Source: Gammaproteobacteria bacterium (GTDB lineage: Bacteria; Pseudomonadota; Gammaproteobacteria; Magnimaribacterales; D2472). From it: a stretch of 64,000 nucleotides of DNA. Within the stretch, counting starts at the first letter, position 1. Each line of letters opens with the position of its first letter. Made by a program: the position numbers and the translations under genes. The stretch spans positions 4,687-68,686 of the forward strand of contig CBFHIO010000001.1 of assembly GCA_965656035.1 (NCBI GenBank). Reading direction: 5' to 3'. Below the pieces are notes generated by a model. It was not told the origin of the DNA. It saw only the letters and a list, made by a program, of their open reading frames with translations, and searched no databases. This document shows, in pieces, positions 29,659 through 40,296 of this stretch.

Positions 29659-30258
29659 ATGGAAAATAAGTATTTATTAATTCTTTTTTATTCAGCTGGT
29701 GGATCTGTAAGAAATATAGCTCATGCTATAGCTGACGGCGCAGAGCAAGAAAACCTCAGCGTAAAAATAAGAACAGTACCTAAAGTATCACCAGTATCAG
29801 AACAAACTGAAAAAAACATCCCTGATAAAAATGAAATTTACTGCACAAAAGAAGATTTAATTAACTGCTCTGGTTTAGCTATTGGCTCCCCAACAAGGTT
29901 TGGCTCTATGGCCGCACCATTAAAATATTTTTTTGATACGACCGGTGATTTATGGGCTTCTAATGCTCTAGAGGATATTCCAGGAATTGCATTTACCTCA
30001 ACAGGATCTATGCATGGAGGACAAGAAATAACTCAATTTAATTTACTAACATATATGCTTCATCATGGAATGATAATTTTAGGTACGCCCTACTCAGTAA
30101 AAGAATTAAGCATTACTAAATCCGGTGGCAGTCCCTATGGCCCCTCTCATGTTGAAAGTTTTAATGAATCTAACAACCTAACTCCAGAAGAGTATGAGAT
30201 AGCAAAACAAACAGGTAGAAGGATTGCAAGGTTTATTAATAAACTAAATGTTAGTTAA
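29659..30258 (+). CDS. wrbA: NAD(P)H:quinone oxidoreductase, WrbA type (flavodoxin-like)
   Basis: 199 aa: ILFYSAGGSVRNIAHAI...PTRFGSMAAPLKYFFD. Confidence 0.88.
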   Translation: MENKYLLILFYSAGGSVRNIAHAIADGAEQENLSVKIRTVPKVSPVSEQTEKNIPDKNEIYCTKEDLINCSGLAIGSPTRFGSMAAPLKYFFDTTGDLWASNALEDIPGIAFTSTGSMHGGQEITQFNLLTYMLHHGMIILGTPYSVKELSITKSGGSPYGPSHVESFNESNNLTPEEYEIAKQTGRRIARFINKLNVS

Positions 30259-30580
30259 TAAAAATCTTAAAATATTGGTAAATCTGTTATGCGGCTTATT
30301 GGTATTGTTAAAGTTTTTATCTTACCTTAATGGAAATATCGAATTTTATTTTTTTATATTTTGGTCAACTCCTATTATTAGTTTTTTATTTTTTTTAAAT
30401 AAACTTTCTATTAAATCTTTTCAAAGCTTTAGTTTCATTCTCTTAATATATTTTCTGTCCTCTTCTTTAAGAGTTTTTGGTATCAAGCCAATGATTTATG
30501 ATCTCTTAGAAATTATAACCATAGTTATTTTATTTATTGTTTGTATAATGGCTCCTAAATTAATTAGAAAAAATATGTAA
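30248..30580 (+). CDS. Small membrane protein (DUF2069-like), overlaps the wrbA stop
   Basis: 110 aa with 3-4 TM helices. A wrbA gene followed by a DUF2069 gene is a recurrent gammaproteobacterial pair, recalled from memory. Confidence 0.55.
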   Translation: MLVNKNLKILVNLLCGLLVLLKFLSYLNGNIEFYFFIFWSTPIISFLFFLNKLSIKSFQSFSFILLIYFLSSSLRVFGIKPMIYDLLEIITIVILFIVCIMAPKLIRKNM

Positions 30581-30642
30581 AGTTTACTTTACATTAATTA
30601 TATGCTGAATTATCATCTCAGCAAACATTTGGAGATTTATAT

Positions 30643-32484
30643 ATGTCAGATAATCAGTCAATTTGGTCAAAAGCAGATAGCTTTCTAACTAAAACTAGAA
30701 AAATAATTGTTAACTCACTTACTGCTTTGGTTCTTGTTCTCATTACCATCTCTATACTTGGAGGAGTTGGATCTTTGTTCGATAAACCAGAAAAAGTTGA
30801 TACTAAAGATAAGGTTTTGTGGTTTAAGCCAATTGGTGTGGTTGTTGACTCTGAGGTCAACGGATCAGGTAGCTTGGATATTGAAAGTATAATTTCAAGC
30901 GGCGGTGACCAGGTTGAACAACATGAACTTCAAGATTTGCTTGATGTACTTAATCATGCAGCAACTGATGAGAGCCTTGCGGCTGTATACGTAAATGTCT
31001 CTGAACTTGGAATGTACTGGTCTTCAGCTTTTAAGATTGCCGAGGCAGTTAAAAATATTAGAGATAATGACAAAAGAGTTATTGCCTATGCCGAAAATTA
31101 TACAAATGCATCATATCTTATTAGCTCTCAGGCAAACGAAGTATTGATAAATGAATATGGACAAGTTTCTGCCTTTGGTCTTACAAGAAAAAGAGAGTAT
31201 TACAAAGACCTATATAAGAACTTAAAAATTAATTACAACGTTTTTACAGCCGGTGATTTCAAATCAGGTCCTGAGCCATATACAAGAGATTCAATGTCTG
31301 AAAACGACAAACTCGCCTGGAATGAATTTGCAGATCCAATGTGGAAAAAAATGACTAACATGATGGAAGCTGCAAGAAATCTACCTGATGGTACTTTACA
31401 GAATTATGGTGATAATGCTTGGGAAATGATGACTGATAATCCTGAGGCTGCGGAGGTTGCTTTAAAGCTTGGTCTTGTAGATATGGTTGTAACAAGAGAA
31501 GAAATAAGGTTGTGGATGTATGAACAATTTCCGAATAGTGATGAAGATAAATATTCATTCCCTGAAAGTGTATCTATATACGACTATCTATCATTAATCG
31601 AAGATAAGAATGAAACAATTGATAGCCGTAATAAAATTGCTATCATAAATGTTGAAGGTGCTATCACAACTGGTGAGACAGCATATGGTATTGCAGGCTC
31701 AGACACTATTGTAGATAACATTCAGGAAGCCACAAAAGATGATTCTATAAAAGCTCTAGTTCTAAGAGTTAATAGTCCAGGTGGAGGAGTTTGGGCTAGT
31801 GAATTAATAACAAATGCCTTAAATGAATTCAAAGATACAGGAAGACCTATTGTTTCCTCAATGGGAGATATTGCTGCCTCAGGTGGAGTATGGGTTACTA
31901 CAAGCTCCGATGAAATTTTTGCAGAAGAAAACACATTAACTGGATCAATTGGAGTATATGGTATTGTGCCAACATTAGATGGGATTTATGACTGGGCCGG
32001 TATAAAAGTCGATGGTACAAGCTCTACAAAATCAGCTGAGTGGGACGAAAGACAAGCAATGCCGGATTATGTTAAAAACGCCATACAGGCTAGTATTGAA
32101 AATACATACAAAAAATTTGTGTCAAAGGTTGCTGACAACAGAGGCATGGACTATGAAGAAGTTTTACCAATAGCTGGAGGAAGAATTTGGGCAGGATATA
32201 AAGCCCTAGAGCTTGGTTTGGTTGATAAAATTGGAGGCCTGGATGAAGCAGTAAAATCAGCCGCAGAAAGAGCTGAGCTTGAAGACTATGTAATTAAAAG
32301 CTATAAAAAGCCAATGGATCCATTTGAGGTTTTCTTAGATAAGTTACTCGATAACATTAAAATAAATATTAATATTGATCCTAGACTTAAATTAATCAAT
32401 AAGAGTCTTAAAAAACACCAGAAATTATTAGAGTCTGAAAATAAAAATATTCTTCTTTATTGCTTTGAGTGCGAAGTTAAATAA
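30643..32484 (+). CDS. sppA: Signal peptide peptidase SppA, 67K type
   Basis: 613 aa with an N-terminal TM helix and two S49 domains. The second domain carries RVNSPGG and GDIAASGG. Confidence 0.9.
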   Translation: MSDNQSIWSKADSFLTKTRKIIVNSLTALVLVLITISILGGVGSLFDKPEKVDTKDKVLWFKPIGVVVDSEVNGSGSLDIESIISSGGDQVEQHELQDLLDVLNHAATDESLAAVYVNVSELGMYWSSAFKIAEAVKNIRDNDKRVIAYAENYTNASYLISSQANEVLINEYGQVSAFGLTRKREYYKDLYKNLKINYNVFTAGDFKSGPEPYTRDSMSENDKLAWNEFADPMWKKMTNMMEAARNLPDGTLQNYGDNAWEMMTDNPEAAEVALKLGLVDMVVTREEIRLWMYEQFPNSDEDKYSFPESVSIYDYLSLIEDKNETIDSRNKIAIINVEGAITTGETAYGIAGSDTIVDNIQEATKDDSIKALVLRVNSPGGGVWASELITNALNEFKDTGRPIVSSMGDIAASGGVWVTTSSDEIFAEENTLTGSIGVYGIVPTLDGIYDWAGIKVDGTSSTKSAEWDERQAMPDYVKNAIQASIENTYKKFVSKVADNRGMDYEEVLPIAGGRIWAGYKALELGLVDKIGGLDEAVKSAAERAELEDYVIKSYKKPMDPFEVFLDKLLDNIKININIDPRLKLINKSLKKHQKLLESENKNILLYCFECEVK

Positions 32485-33163
32485 CTTCTTTTATTAAAGG
32501 TATTGTAATTTTTCTTTTCATTTCCATTGAGAGCTGATCTAGGCTCTCAAGGATATGAACTAAATTGGTAATGTTTCTTTTAGAATAAGTAACAAGATAC
32601 TTTGCCTCTTTGTCACCTAAATTTATTGATGTTAACTTTGAAATATGCATTAGTGCATCAATGATATCTTTATCATCAATTGGAAAAAGCTCGAAGCTTT
32701 GTATCTTTCTAATTCTTGACTCTAAATCAGGCAAAGTAAAATTTAATGAATTTAAATCTTTGGATGATGTCAGAATTAATCTGCATCCGGATATAAGTGA
32801 TTTGTTAATTAAATTAAATATTGCTTTTTCCCATTCGATTTCTGTAATTATCTCTTCAATACCATCTAGGCATATTAGATCGATATCTTCCAATGCTTCA
32901 AAAATATCAACACCATAATCCAAAGCCTTTTTGAGAGGAATGTATACAGATGATTTCTTATTTAAATTATACAAATTACACATTGCTTGAAGAAGAAAAG
33001 TTTTTCCAGATTCTTTCGTGCCGTATATATATAGATCATCCAAAAAATTACTATCTTTTAAAAGAGAGATGAGATGAGAGTTCTGATCACTTATATAAAA
33101 CCTATCTAATGTAGATCTATTAAACTTATTCCATGGGAAAGTAAGTTGCTTGGGTTTATTCAT
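32477..33163 (-). CDS. hda: DnaA regulatory inactivator Hda
   Basis: 228 aa, a DnaA-domain-III-like AAA+ protein with a degenerate Walker A (GTKESGKTFLL). The Hda context beside DUF2066 and purM is present. Confidence 0.85.
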   Translation of the reverse strand: MNKPKQLTFPWNKFNRSTLDRFYISDQNSHLISLLKDSNFLDDLYIYGTKESGKTFLLQAMCNLYNLNKKSSVYIPLKKALDYGVDIFEALEDIDLICLDGIEEIITEIEWEKAIFNLINKSLISGCRLILTSSKDLNSLNFTLPDLESRIRKIQSFELFPIDDKDIIDALMHISKLTSINLGDKEAKYLVTYSKRNITNLVHILESLDQLSMEMKRKITIPLIKEVI

Positions 33164-33707
33164 TGTGATAACTATTAATATCTAAAAACCAATTTCGTGC
33201 ATATACAATTAAGCTCGATAAAGTAACTATTAGAATAAATACATCTAATAGAATTAGCGAAAGGTTAACATCAAAAATTTGAAAAAATAATATAACTACT
33301 ATATAGGAAATTTGAAGACCGGTAGTAACCTTTCCAAGAATATTAGGTAATGGTGCTTCTGAGTCCATCAGAGTCATATGCAAAGCCGCGCCTAATAAAA
33401 TAACAATATCTCTACCAATAAAAATAACAAAAATATACAAAGGAATATATGAATTTAGCCATAAAATAAAAATAGTGCCTGATAAAAGAAGCTTATCGGC
33501 TATTGGATCTAAAAGCGTACCAAGGTATGTTTGCCATTTCATTTTTCTTGCAAGAAAACCATCAAGAGCATCTGTTATAGATGCTAATAAAAAATAGCCA
33601 AGACTAACGATAAAATTTCCAATAAAAATATTATATAAAATAGGATAAACAAGCCCAATTCTTAAAATGGATAATAGGTTTGGGATAAAAATAAAATACT
33701 TGCTCAT
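33156..33707 (-). CDS. CDP-alcohol phosphatidyltransferase family protein (PgsA-like)
   Basis: 183 aa with the signature DALDGFLARKMKWQTYLGTLLDPIADK (D-G-x2-A-R...D-x3-D). Confidence 0.8.
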   Translation of the reverse strand: MSKYFIFIPNLLSILRIGLVYPILYNIFIGNFIVSLGYFLLASITDALDGFLARKMKWQTYLGTLLDPIADKLLLSGTIFILWLNSYIPLYIFVIFIGRDIVILLGAALHMTLMDSEAPLPNILGKVTTGLQISYIVVILFFQIFDVNLSLILLDVFILIVTLSSLIVYARNWFLDINSYHNE

Positions 33708-34723
33708 TTTATAAATATTAAATCTAAAATGTTGTCATCGCTATCTTGAGCTAGCTCAAAAAAAGTACTGGTTTCAATAGTATTTTTGAAAGTATTAATA
33801 TCACCCATTACACTGATTTGATAGGTGATGCTGTTATTATTAAATTTTAAAATTTGCATGTTTGAAATAGCAATAAATTTAGATAATTTCTCTTTTAACA
33901 TTTCATATTCTTTAAAAGAATTTATACCTTGGATTTTCAGTTGGAGCAATACAGTCTTTGAGGTATCGATTATTAAATTTTGATACATTGATTCAATCTT
34001 AGCCTCAACATGATCAATGAAAATTTTCCTGATCTCCTCTAAATATGTGTCTGATTTAATTTCTGTGTCAATATCACCAGATATTAACCATCTATTAAGA
34101 CCCAAGTTTGTATATTTGATTTCAACGAGTTCATCGAAATTATATTTTGAAATTAAATATGTTTTAGGTGAAGATAAAATATTGGTATTAGACAAAAATT
34201 GATTGTCTGCAAGATCTAATAAAGGCAACTCTAAAAATAAACCTCTTTCATTTGATATTTCAACCAAGGTTTCTTTAATTAGATTGCCTATTTCACTATC
34301 CGAATCCTCTGAAATGTAATATGGAGCCCTAGATCCCGACTCTACATTAATTAAAAAAAATATTACAGGTCTTGAATAGTCTATAATTGGAATGAAAAGG
34401 TCTTTAAACTTGTTTATGATTAATTCTTGATCAAAATTAACTTCTAAATAACTACTCGAATTAATGTTTTTAATGGAATAACTTTCTATAAAATCTTTTC
34501 TTGATGATCCTGAATTTATTATTTTCCATATATTTGATGGAGATTTAGAACCGCTAATTCTAAAAACTAAATTATTAAATGATTTGTTAATTGAAGACTC
34601 TATCTTACTAGAGTTTTCTATGGGCACATATATTGTAAAAAGTTCTTCAAACTCCTTCCCAAAGGAGGAATTAGAAAAGATAATGAGTAACACTATTAAA
34701 TGATTAATAAAATTTTTATGCAT
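33704..34723 (-). CDS. Secreted protein, DUF2066-like
   Basis: I place the start at MHKNFINHLIVLLIIFSNSSFG, a signal peptide. The track start at 34753 would overlap purM divergently. The position between hda and purM matches the usual DUF2066 context, recalled from memory. Confidence 0.6.
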   Translation of the reverse strand: MHKNFINHLIVLLIIFSNSSFGKEFEELFTIYVPIENSSKIESSINKSFNNLVFRISGSKSPSNIWKIINSGSSRKDFIESYSIKNINSSSYLEVNFDQELIINKFKDLFIPIIDYSRPVIFFLINVESGSRAPYYISEDSDSEIGNLIKETLVEISNERGLFLELPLLDLADNQFLSNTNILSSPKTYLISKYNFDELVEIKYTNLGLNRWLISGDIDTEIKSDTYLEEIRKIFIDHVEAKIESMYQNLIIDTSKTVLLQLKIQGINSFKEYEMLKEKLSKFIAISNMQILKFNNNSITYQISVMGDINTFKNTIETSTFFELAQDSDDNILDLIFIK

Positions 34724-34746
34724 TTGATTCACACTAAGTATTCTAA

Positions 34747-35775
34747 ATGACAAAAGAAATTATAGAAAATGATCCATACAAATCAGCTGGAGTTGATATT
34801 GATGCCGGCAATGATTTAGTTAATAAAATTAAGGACGACGTGGCCTCCTCTCACAACAAAAATGTTCTTGGTCATGTTGGTGGTTTTGCTGGTATGTATG
34901 AGTTGAATAAAAACTTTAATGAGCCAGTAATAGTTGCTTGCACAGATGGGGTTGGAACAAAAGTTTCTCTAGCACAAGACTTTAATCAAATAGACAGCAT
35001 TGGACAGGATCTTGTTGCAATGTGCGTCAATGATCTTATAGTGTGTGGTGCTAAACCGCTTTTTTTCTTAGACTACTTTGCTTCATCAAAGCTTGAAGTA
35101 GATATAGCATCAAGAATTGTAAAAAGTATTGCTGACGCATGTAAAGCTTCTAAATGTGCCTTGCTCGGAGGTGAAACTGCTGAGATGCCAGGTCATTATG
35201 TTGGTAAAAATTTTGATCTTGCAGGCTTTTCAGTTGGTTGTGTCGAAAAAAATGAAATCATTACTGGTAATAATATCTGTGAAGGTAATATTTTAATTGG
35301 TATTGAATCGTCTGGTCCACATTCAAACGGGTTCTCTCTTATAAGAAAGATAATTAAAGATTCAGAGATTAACGGAGATGAGCTAAATAAAATTGCTGAT
35401 TTAGTATTAAAGCCAACTCATTTATATCCTAATCTAATTTTAGAAATAATTAAGAAATTTGAAATTAATGGCATGGCCCATATTACAGGCGGAGGTTTGA
35501 CTGAAAATATACCAAGATCATTACCACAAAATTTAGCTGCAGAAATAATTATAGATTCATGGGAGTTACCAGAAATTTTTAAGTGGCTCCAAAAAAATGG
35601 CGACATTTCTGAGAATGACATGCTAAGGATTTTTAATTGCGGAATTGGAATGGTGCTAATGGTAAACGAAAGTGATTCAGATAATATTAAATCAGAAATA
35701 AATGGCAATGGTTTTGATTGTTTTGATATTGGTAGGGTTATAAAAAAAGAGGGAGAGTCTGTAATCTACTCTTAA
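34747..35775 (+). CDS. purM: Phosphoribosylformylglycinamidine cyclo-ligase
   Basis: 342 aa with the motifs DGVGTK, DLVAMCVNDL and GGETAEMPG. Confidence 0.96.
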   Translation: MTKEIIENDPYKSAGVDIDAGNDLVNKIKDDVASSHNKNVLGHVGGFAGMYELNKNFNEPVIVACTDGVGTKVSLAQDFNQIDSIGQDLVAMCVNDLIVCGAKPLFFLDYFASSKLEVDIASRIVKSIADACKASKCALLGGETAEMPGHYVGKNFDLAGFSVGCVEKNEIITGNNICEGNILIGIESSGPHSNGFSLIRKIIKDSEINGDELNKIADLVLKPTHLYPNLILEIIKKFEINGMAHITGGGLTENIPRSLPQNLAAEIIIDSWELPEIFKWLQKNGDISENDMLRIFNCGIGMVLMVNESDSDNIKSEINGNGFDCFDIGRVIKKEGESVIYS

Positions 35776-35778
35776 TAA

Positions 35779-36423
35779 ATGAAAAAAATTACTGTCTTAA
35801 TTTCTGGGAGTGGTTCTAATCTCCAGGCTATTATTGATAGCTGTAAATCAAAACGCATTGATGCAGAGGTTCAGTGTGTTGTTTCAAACAATCCAAATGC
35901 TTATGGTATTGAAAGAGCTAAATCTGCTGGGATTAAAACTATAGTTCTTGATCATAAAAATTATAAATCAAGAGATTTATTTGATGCTGATCTTTATGAC
36001 ATTCTAATAAAACAAAAGGCGGATTTAATTGTAATGGCAGGTTTTATGAGAATTCTTACTCCAAAAATAACTGAAAACTTTTATGGCAAAATTATAAATA
36101 TTCATCCATCTCTGCTACCAAAATATCCTGGACTTGATACTCATCAACAAGTTATAAACAATAAAGATCTTATTCATGGAGTCTCAATACATTATGTCTC
36201 AAGCGAATTAGACAAAGGTCCATTAATAGCACAAGGAGAAATCAAAACTTTAGGTGATGATATTGATAATTTAATTGAAAGAATTCATAAGCTTGAACAT
36301 AAACTATATCCTGAAATTATTGCATTGATTTGTAATAATCATATAAGTCTTGATTCCAATGGAGTTATATTTAAAAATCTACCCTTAAAAAATGAGTACA
36401 TATATAAAAAATACAATATTTAA
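35779..36423 (+). CDS. purN: Phosphoribosylglycinamide formyltransferase
   Basis: 214 aa with the motifs VLISGSGSNLQA and NIHPSLLP. Confidence 0.94.
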   Translation: MKKITVLISGSGSNLQAIIDSCKSKRIDAEVQCVVSNNPNAYGIERAKSAGIKTIVLDHKNYKSRDLFDADLYDILIKQKADLIVMAGFMRILTPKITENFYGKIINIHPSLLPKYPGLDTHQQVINNKDLIHGVSIHYVSSELDKGPLIAQGEIKTLGDDIDNLIERIHKLEHKLYPEIIALICNNHISLDSNGVIFKNLPLKNEYIYKKYNI

Positions 36424-37099
36424 AATAACTTTAATGTTAGGTTTTACTATAAATCTAAGTTCCTCCGTTATTCCAGAATATAAGGCCAAATATAAGTTTG
36501 AGCGAGATGACTTTTCAATTACTGGAATAAGAGAATTAAAATCAATCAATGATCAGGATTTAGCTCTGTCATTTAATGCAAAAACGATGTTAGTTGTTTC
36601 TATGAATTTTGAATCAATTTTTGAAATCGAGAATTCAAAAATAATTACTAAAAGTTATGGAGTTAAAATAAGACCTAAGTCTGTTAATAGAGATCAGAAT
36701 ATTTTTTTTAACTATGAAGCTATGGAAATAGAATCTACTGGTAGAGATTCATGGAAAGCACCTCTAAATAAAAATACCTTCTCATCAGATCCACTTAATG
36801 CTCAAATACAGATCAGACTAAATTTGATTAATGGAATGAAAGAGTTTTATATAAATTTAGTTGATATGGAGACGGGCGAGATTCATCAAAACTTTTATGA
36901 GCTTGATGGGGAGGAAATTTGTAAGCTACAAGAAAGAAAGTATGATTGTGTTCTTCTTAAAAGATATAGAGAATCAGACAACAGAAGTACAACTTATTAC
37001 TTAATTCCAGATCTTAAATATATGTTTTTTAAAGTAATCGACAGTAGCCCAGATGAATATCAAAAACTTGAGTTGGAAGAGTTGTTAAGTTTTGGGTAA
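36392..37099 (+). CDS. Secreted protein, DUF3108-like
   Basis: 235 aa with a signal peptide. A gene in this position downstream of purN is typically DUF3108, recalled from memory. Confidence 0.6.
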   Translation: MSTYIKNTIFKITLMLGFTINLSSSVIPEYKAKYKFERDDFSITGIRELKSINDQDLALSFNAKTMLVVSMNFESIFEIENSKIITKSYGVKIRPKSVNRDQNIFFNYEAMEIESTGRDSWKAPLNKNTFSSDPLNAQIQIRLNLINGMKEFYINLVDMETGEIHQNFYELDGEEICKLQERKYDCVLLKRYRESDNRSTTYYLIPDLKYMFFKVIDSSPDEYQKLELEELLSFG

Positions 37100-37654
37100 T
37101 GTGACTCCTGTTTGACCCTGATATTTTCCTCCTCTATCTTTATAGCTAACTTTGCACTCTTCATCCGATTCAAAAAATAACATCTGAGCAACACCTTCTC
37201 CAGCATAAATCTTGGCTGGCAGGTTTGTTGTATTTGAAAATTCTAAGGTAACATGCCCCTCCCATTCTGGTTCAAGCGGAGTAACATTTACAATAATGCC
37301 ACATCTTGCGTAAGTTGATTTCCCAAGACAAACTGTCAGTACATTTCTAGGAATTTTAAAATACTCTACTGTCCTTGCTAGTGCAAAAGAATTTGGTGGT
37401 ATAACACATATATCTGACTCGATATCAACAAAGCTTTTTTCATCAAACGATTTAGGATCTACTACTGCAGAATGAATGTTTGTAAAAACTTTAAATTCAT
37501 TTGAGCATCTAACGTCATATCCGTAGCTAGATACGCCGTATGAAATTAATTTATTACCCTCTTTGTCAAGCCTTACTTGGTTCTCAGAAAAAGGCTCTAT
37601 CATTGACTGAGTCTTTGACATCTCTGTTATCCATTTATCTGATTTAATCGACAT
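37085..37654 (-). CDS. dcd: dCTP deaminase
   Basis: 189 aa: MSIKSDKWI...GYDVRC...[10 protein letters not shown]...EFSN. Confidence 0.94.
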   Translation of the reverse strand: MSIKSDKWITEMSKTQSMIEPFSENQVRLDKEGNKLISYGVSSYGYDVRCSNEFKVFTNIHSAVVDPKSFDEKSFVDIESDICVIPPNSFALARTVEYFKIPRNVLTVCLGKSTYARCGIIVNVTPLEPEWEGHVTLEFSNTTNLPAKIYAGEGVAQMLFFESDEECKVSYKDRGGKYQGQTGVTLPKT

Positions 37655-38240
37655 TTATTTCAGTTCTCCCTTGAATAGCTCTTGCGATAGTATTTCCATC
37701 GACATATTCTAATTCACCGCCGATAGGAATCCCATATGAAATGCGTGATACTTTTATCTCGCTGATATGGTCTTTTATATAAATAGCAGTAGCATCACCC
37801 TCAACTGTTGAGCTTGTGGCTAATATAACTTCTTTTATGTTTTCAATTTTAATTAATTTTAAGAAATCATTTATACCCAAATCATCCGGGCTAATGCCCT
37901 CAATTGGTGACAATCTTCCCAGTAAAACAAAATATCGCCCCTTAAATCCACCAGTTGATTCTATTGCTAGGACATCAGAGGGACTTTCAACCACGCAAAT
38001 ACTGCTCATGTCTCTGCTATTATCTGAACATACTTTGCATAGATCATTTGAAGTAAGCATTCTACATTTCGAACATCTAGCAATTTCCTCGACTGCTCTC
38101 TCTAATGTTTTAGCCAAAATACTAGCCCCATCTTTATTTTTATCTAATAAGTATAAGGCCATTCTCTGAGCAGATTTTTTTCCCACACCAGGTAAAATTG
38201 TTAAGGAATTTATTAAATCATTTAGAAGATCCTGATGCAT
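37644..38240 (-). CDS. recR: Recombination protein RecR
   Basis: 198 aa. It has the HhH motif ([11 protein letters not shown]), the zinc finger CSKC...CKVC and a Toprim domain. Confidence 0.95.
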   Translation of the reverse strand: MHQDLLNDLINSLTILPGVGKKSAQRMALYLLDKNKDGASILAKTLERAVEEIARCSKCRMLTSNDLCKVCSDNSRDMSSICVVESPSDVLAIESTGGFKGRYFVLLGRLSPIEGISPDDLGINDFLKLIKIENIKEVILATSSTVEGDATAIYIKDHISEIKVSRISYGIPIGGELEYVDGNTIARAIQGRTEINVD

Positions 38241-38241
38241 G

Positions 38242-39834
38242 CTAATTCACTGGTTTAATAGAATTATCTTTAATACTGGCATTATGTTTATCTAAAAATT
38301 TTTGTATTGATGGATCAGATAAAATATTTTTTTCTGCTGCAGACTGTTTATCAGCCTCAACCTTCTTCATGTGACTTAGTGGTGAATCATTAATAGCACC
38401 ATTCTTTATTTCAACAACTATATCAAATCCAAAATATGAATTTAATACAGCTTGAAACTCATTAGAAACATTCTCAGGGATGAAATTTTCATCACCTGTA
38501 CCAGCTAATGTTAAAAGAGTTTCTTTAAATGATACAAATGAAAGGTTTCCATAATAATTCCTTGCAAAAGGACTTAGAGATAATAAGTCGAATAATTTAA
38601 TCCAATCGTCATTAGTATTTAAATTTTTTTTTGTAGTTATATTAGGCTCTTTAGACTTTTTAATATTTGAATCATTGTTTATGTTTGCAGTTTCATTGTT
38701 ATGAGGTTTTTTTAAATTTTTTTTTTCTATTTCTATCTTGTCGTGCGTGTTATCAATTTTATGTATAGGGTTAAAAGCTAACATTCTTAAAATACATACC
38801 TCCAATGCCTCTTTTGGACTCGGGTGAGCACTAAATTTAGAATATGAGTTAACTGCAATCTCATAAAGAAGCTGACAAAACTCCTCATCAATGTCGGATG
38901 CCAAATTTTGAATATCTATATCTGTTGAATTTTCTAAAACTTTTTCTAAAGATACTTTATGTAAAATTGAAATAATGCTTTTAAGAATTGCATCATATTC
39001 TGGGGACAGTTCTTCAATTTTTGTTAAAGTTTCATAAGCAGCAGAACCATCTCCATTAATGATAGAGTTGATCATTTCCACTAATAGTGAATTGTCAATT
39101 GTTCCAAGCAACTCTCTAACGTTAGATGATTTAAGAGAGCCGCTACCGTGGGCGATTGCCTGATCTAATATAGTTAGAGCATCTCTTACTGAACCAGAAG
39201 CAGCATCTGATATCAATTCAATACTTTCTTGATCAAAATTAATATCCTCTAATTTTAAAATTTTTTGTAAATGATTTGATAGAACATTTCCACTAACTGT
39301 TTTTAAGTTTAGTTGCAAACATCTTGATTGAACTGTTTTTGGGAGTTTTTCAGGGTTTGTTGTAGCCAATATGAAGACTACGTGTTTTGGTGGTTCTTCA
39401 AGATTTTTTAATAGTGCATTAAAACTTTCCGTAGTAAGCATGTGAGCCTCATCTAGTAAATACACTTTATATCTTCCGGTAGCTGGCGATTGTGGGACGG
39501 TTTGTAGCAAATCTTTCATTGCATCTATGCCCCTTTGAGATGCAGCATCTTGTTCGAAGAAGTCTAATGCTCTTCCTAGTTTAATTTCTTCGCAATTTAT
39601 GCATTTATTGCATGGAACGGCTACTGGTTTATCAGATGAAGAACAGTTAAGACATTTTGCAAGGATTCTACCAAGAGTAGTCTTTCCAACACCCCTGGTA
39701 CCAGAAAAAATAAAAGCTTGATGCACTCTGTCTTGAAGAATACTATTTGAGAGAGCTTGAATAACATGGTCTTGACCAACAACCTCTTCAAAGCTTGATG
39801 GTCTATATTTTCTGGCTAAAACCTCGTATGACAT
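38242..39834 (-). CDS. dnaX: DNA polymerase III subunit tau (and possibly gamma)
   Basis: 530 aa with the Walker A motif GTRGVGKTT, the zinc module CNKCINC and an SRC motif. A low-complexity linker follows domain III and is followed in turn by a C-terminal tau-specific region. Confidence 0.93.
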   Translation of the reverse strand: MSYEVLARKYRPSSFEEVVGQDHVIQALSNSILQDRVHQAFIFSGTRGVGKTTLGRILAKCLNCSSSDKPVAVPCNKCINCEEIKLGRALDFFEQDAASQRGIDAMKDLLQTVPQSPATGRYKVYLLDEAHMLTTESFNALLKNLEEPPKHVVFILATTNPEKLPKTVQSRCLQLNLKTVSGNVLSNHLQKILKLEDINFDQESIELISDAASGSVRDALTILDQAIAHGSGSLKSSNVRELLGTIDNSLLVEMINSIINGDGSAAYETLTKIEELSPEYDAILKSIISILHKVSLEKVLENSTDIDIQNLASDIDEEFCQLLYEIAVNSYSKFSAHPSPKEALEVCILRMLAFNPIHKIDNTHDKIEIEKKNLKKPHNNETANINNDSNIKKSKEPNITTKKNLNTNDDWIKLFDLLSLSPFARNYYGNLSFVSFKETLLTLAGTGDENFIPENVSNEFQAVLNSYFGFDIVVEIKNGAINDSPLSHMKKVEADKQSAAEKNILSDPSIQKFLDKHNASIKDNSIKPVN

Positions 39835-39855
39835 AACAATAAATCATAACATGAG

Positions 39856-40296
39856 CTATGTAAAAACTGAGTCAATTTCTTCAAAACTAAAGCCTCTATT
39901 TTGCAAAAAAGCCTTTTGCTTATTTTGTTCTTTGTAATCTTTATGTATGCCTGTTTTATACTTTTTATTAAAAGCTTTTAGAGCTTCATTTTTCCAACCA
40001 CCTTCAGCATCAATTGCTTCGGTTGCAATGCTTTCATCAACGCCCCTAGAAATTAGTTCATAGAGAATTTTTTTTGGGCCAAACCCTTTTCTCTTTCTAG
40101 CTATAACATATGCTTCGCAATAACGATGGTCGTTTACGAGATTTCTTTTTAATAGACTATCTACTACAGATTCAATAAGCTCAGGTACATCAAATTTTTT
40201 TAATAGCTTATCAGTCAACTCTTTTTTAGAATGTTCTCTTCTAGATAAAATATCTAATGCTTTGTTATAAATAACCTTATAAGCATCATCATTCAT
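39856..40296 (-). CDS. recX: RecX-family regulatory protein
   Basis: 146 aa with a repeated three-helix pattern (ALDILSRREHSKKELTDKLLKK...). No recA gene is adjacent. Confidence 0.75.
   Translation of the reverse strand: MNDDAYKVIYNKALDILSRREHSKKELTDKLLKKFDVPELIESVVDSLLKRNLVNDHRYCEAYVIARKRKGFGPKKILYELISRGVDESIATEAIDAEGGWKNEALKAFNKKYKTGIHKDYKEQNKQKAFLQNRGFSFEEIDSVFT

Noticed and set aside
30600-30625. A hairpin GCTGA-N9-TCAGC after the DUF2069-like gene, considered as a possible terminator.
   Set aside because: It has only a 5-bp stem and no U-tract, and it lies just upstream of the sppA SD. That is not enough to call a terminator.
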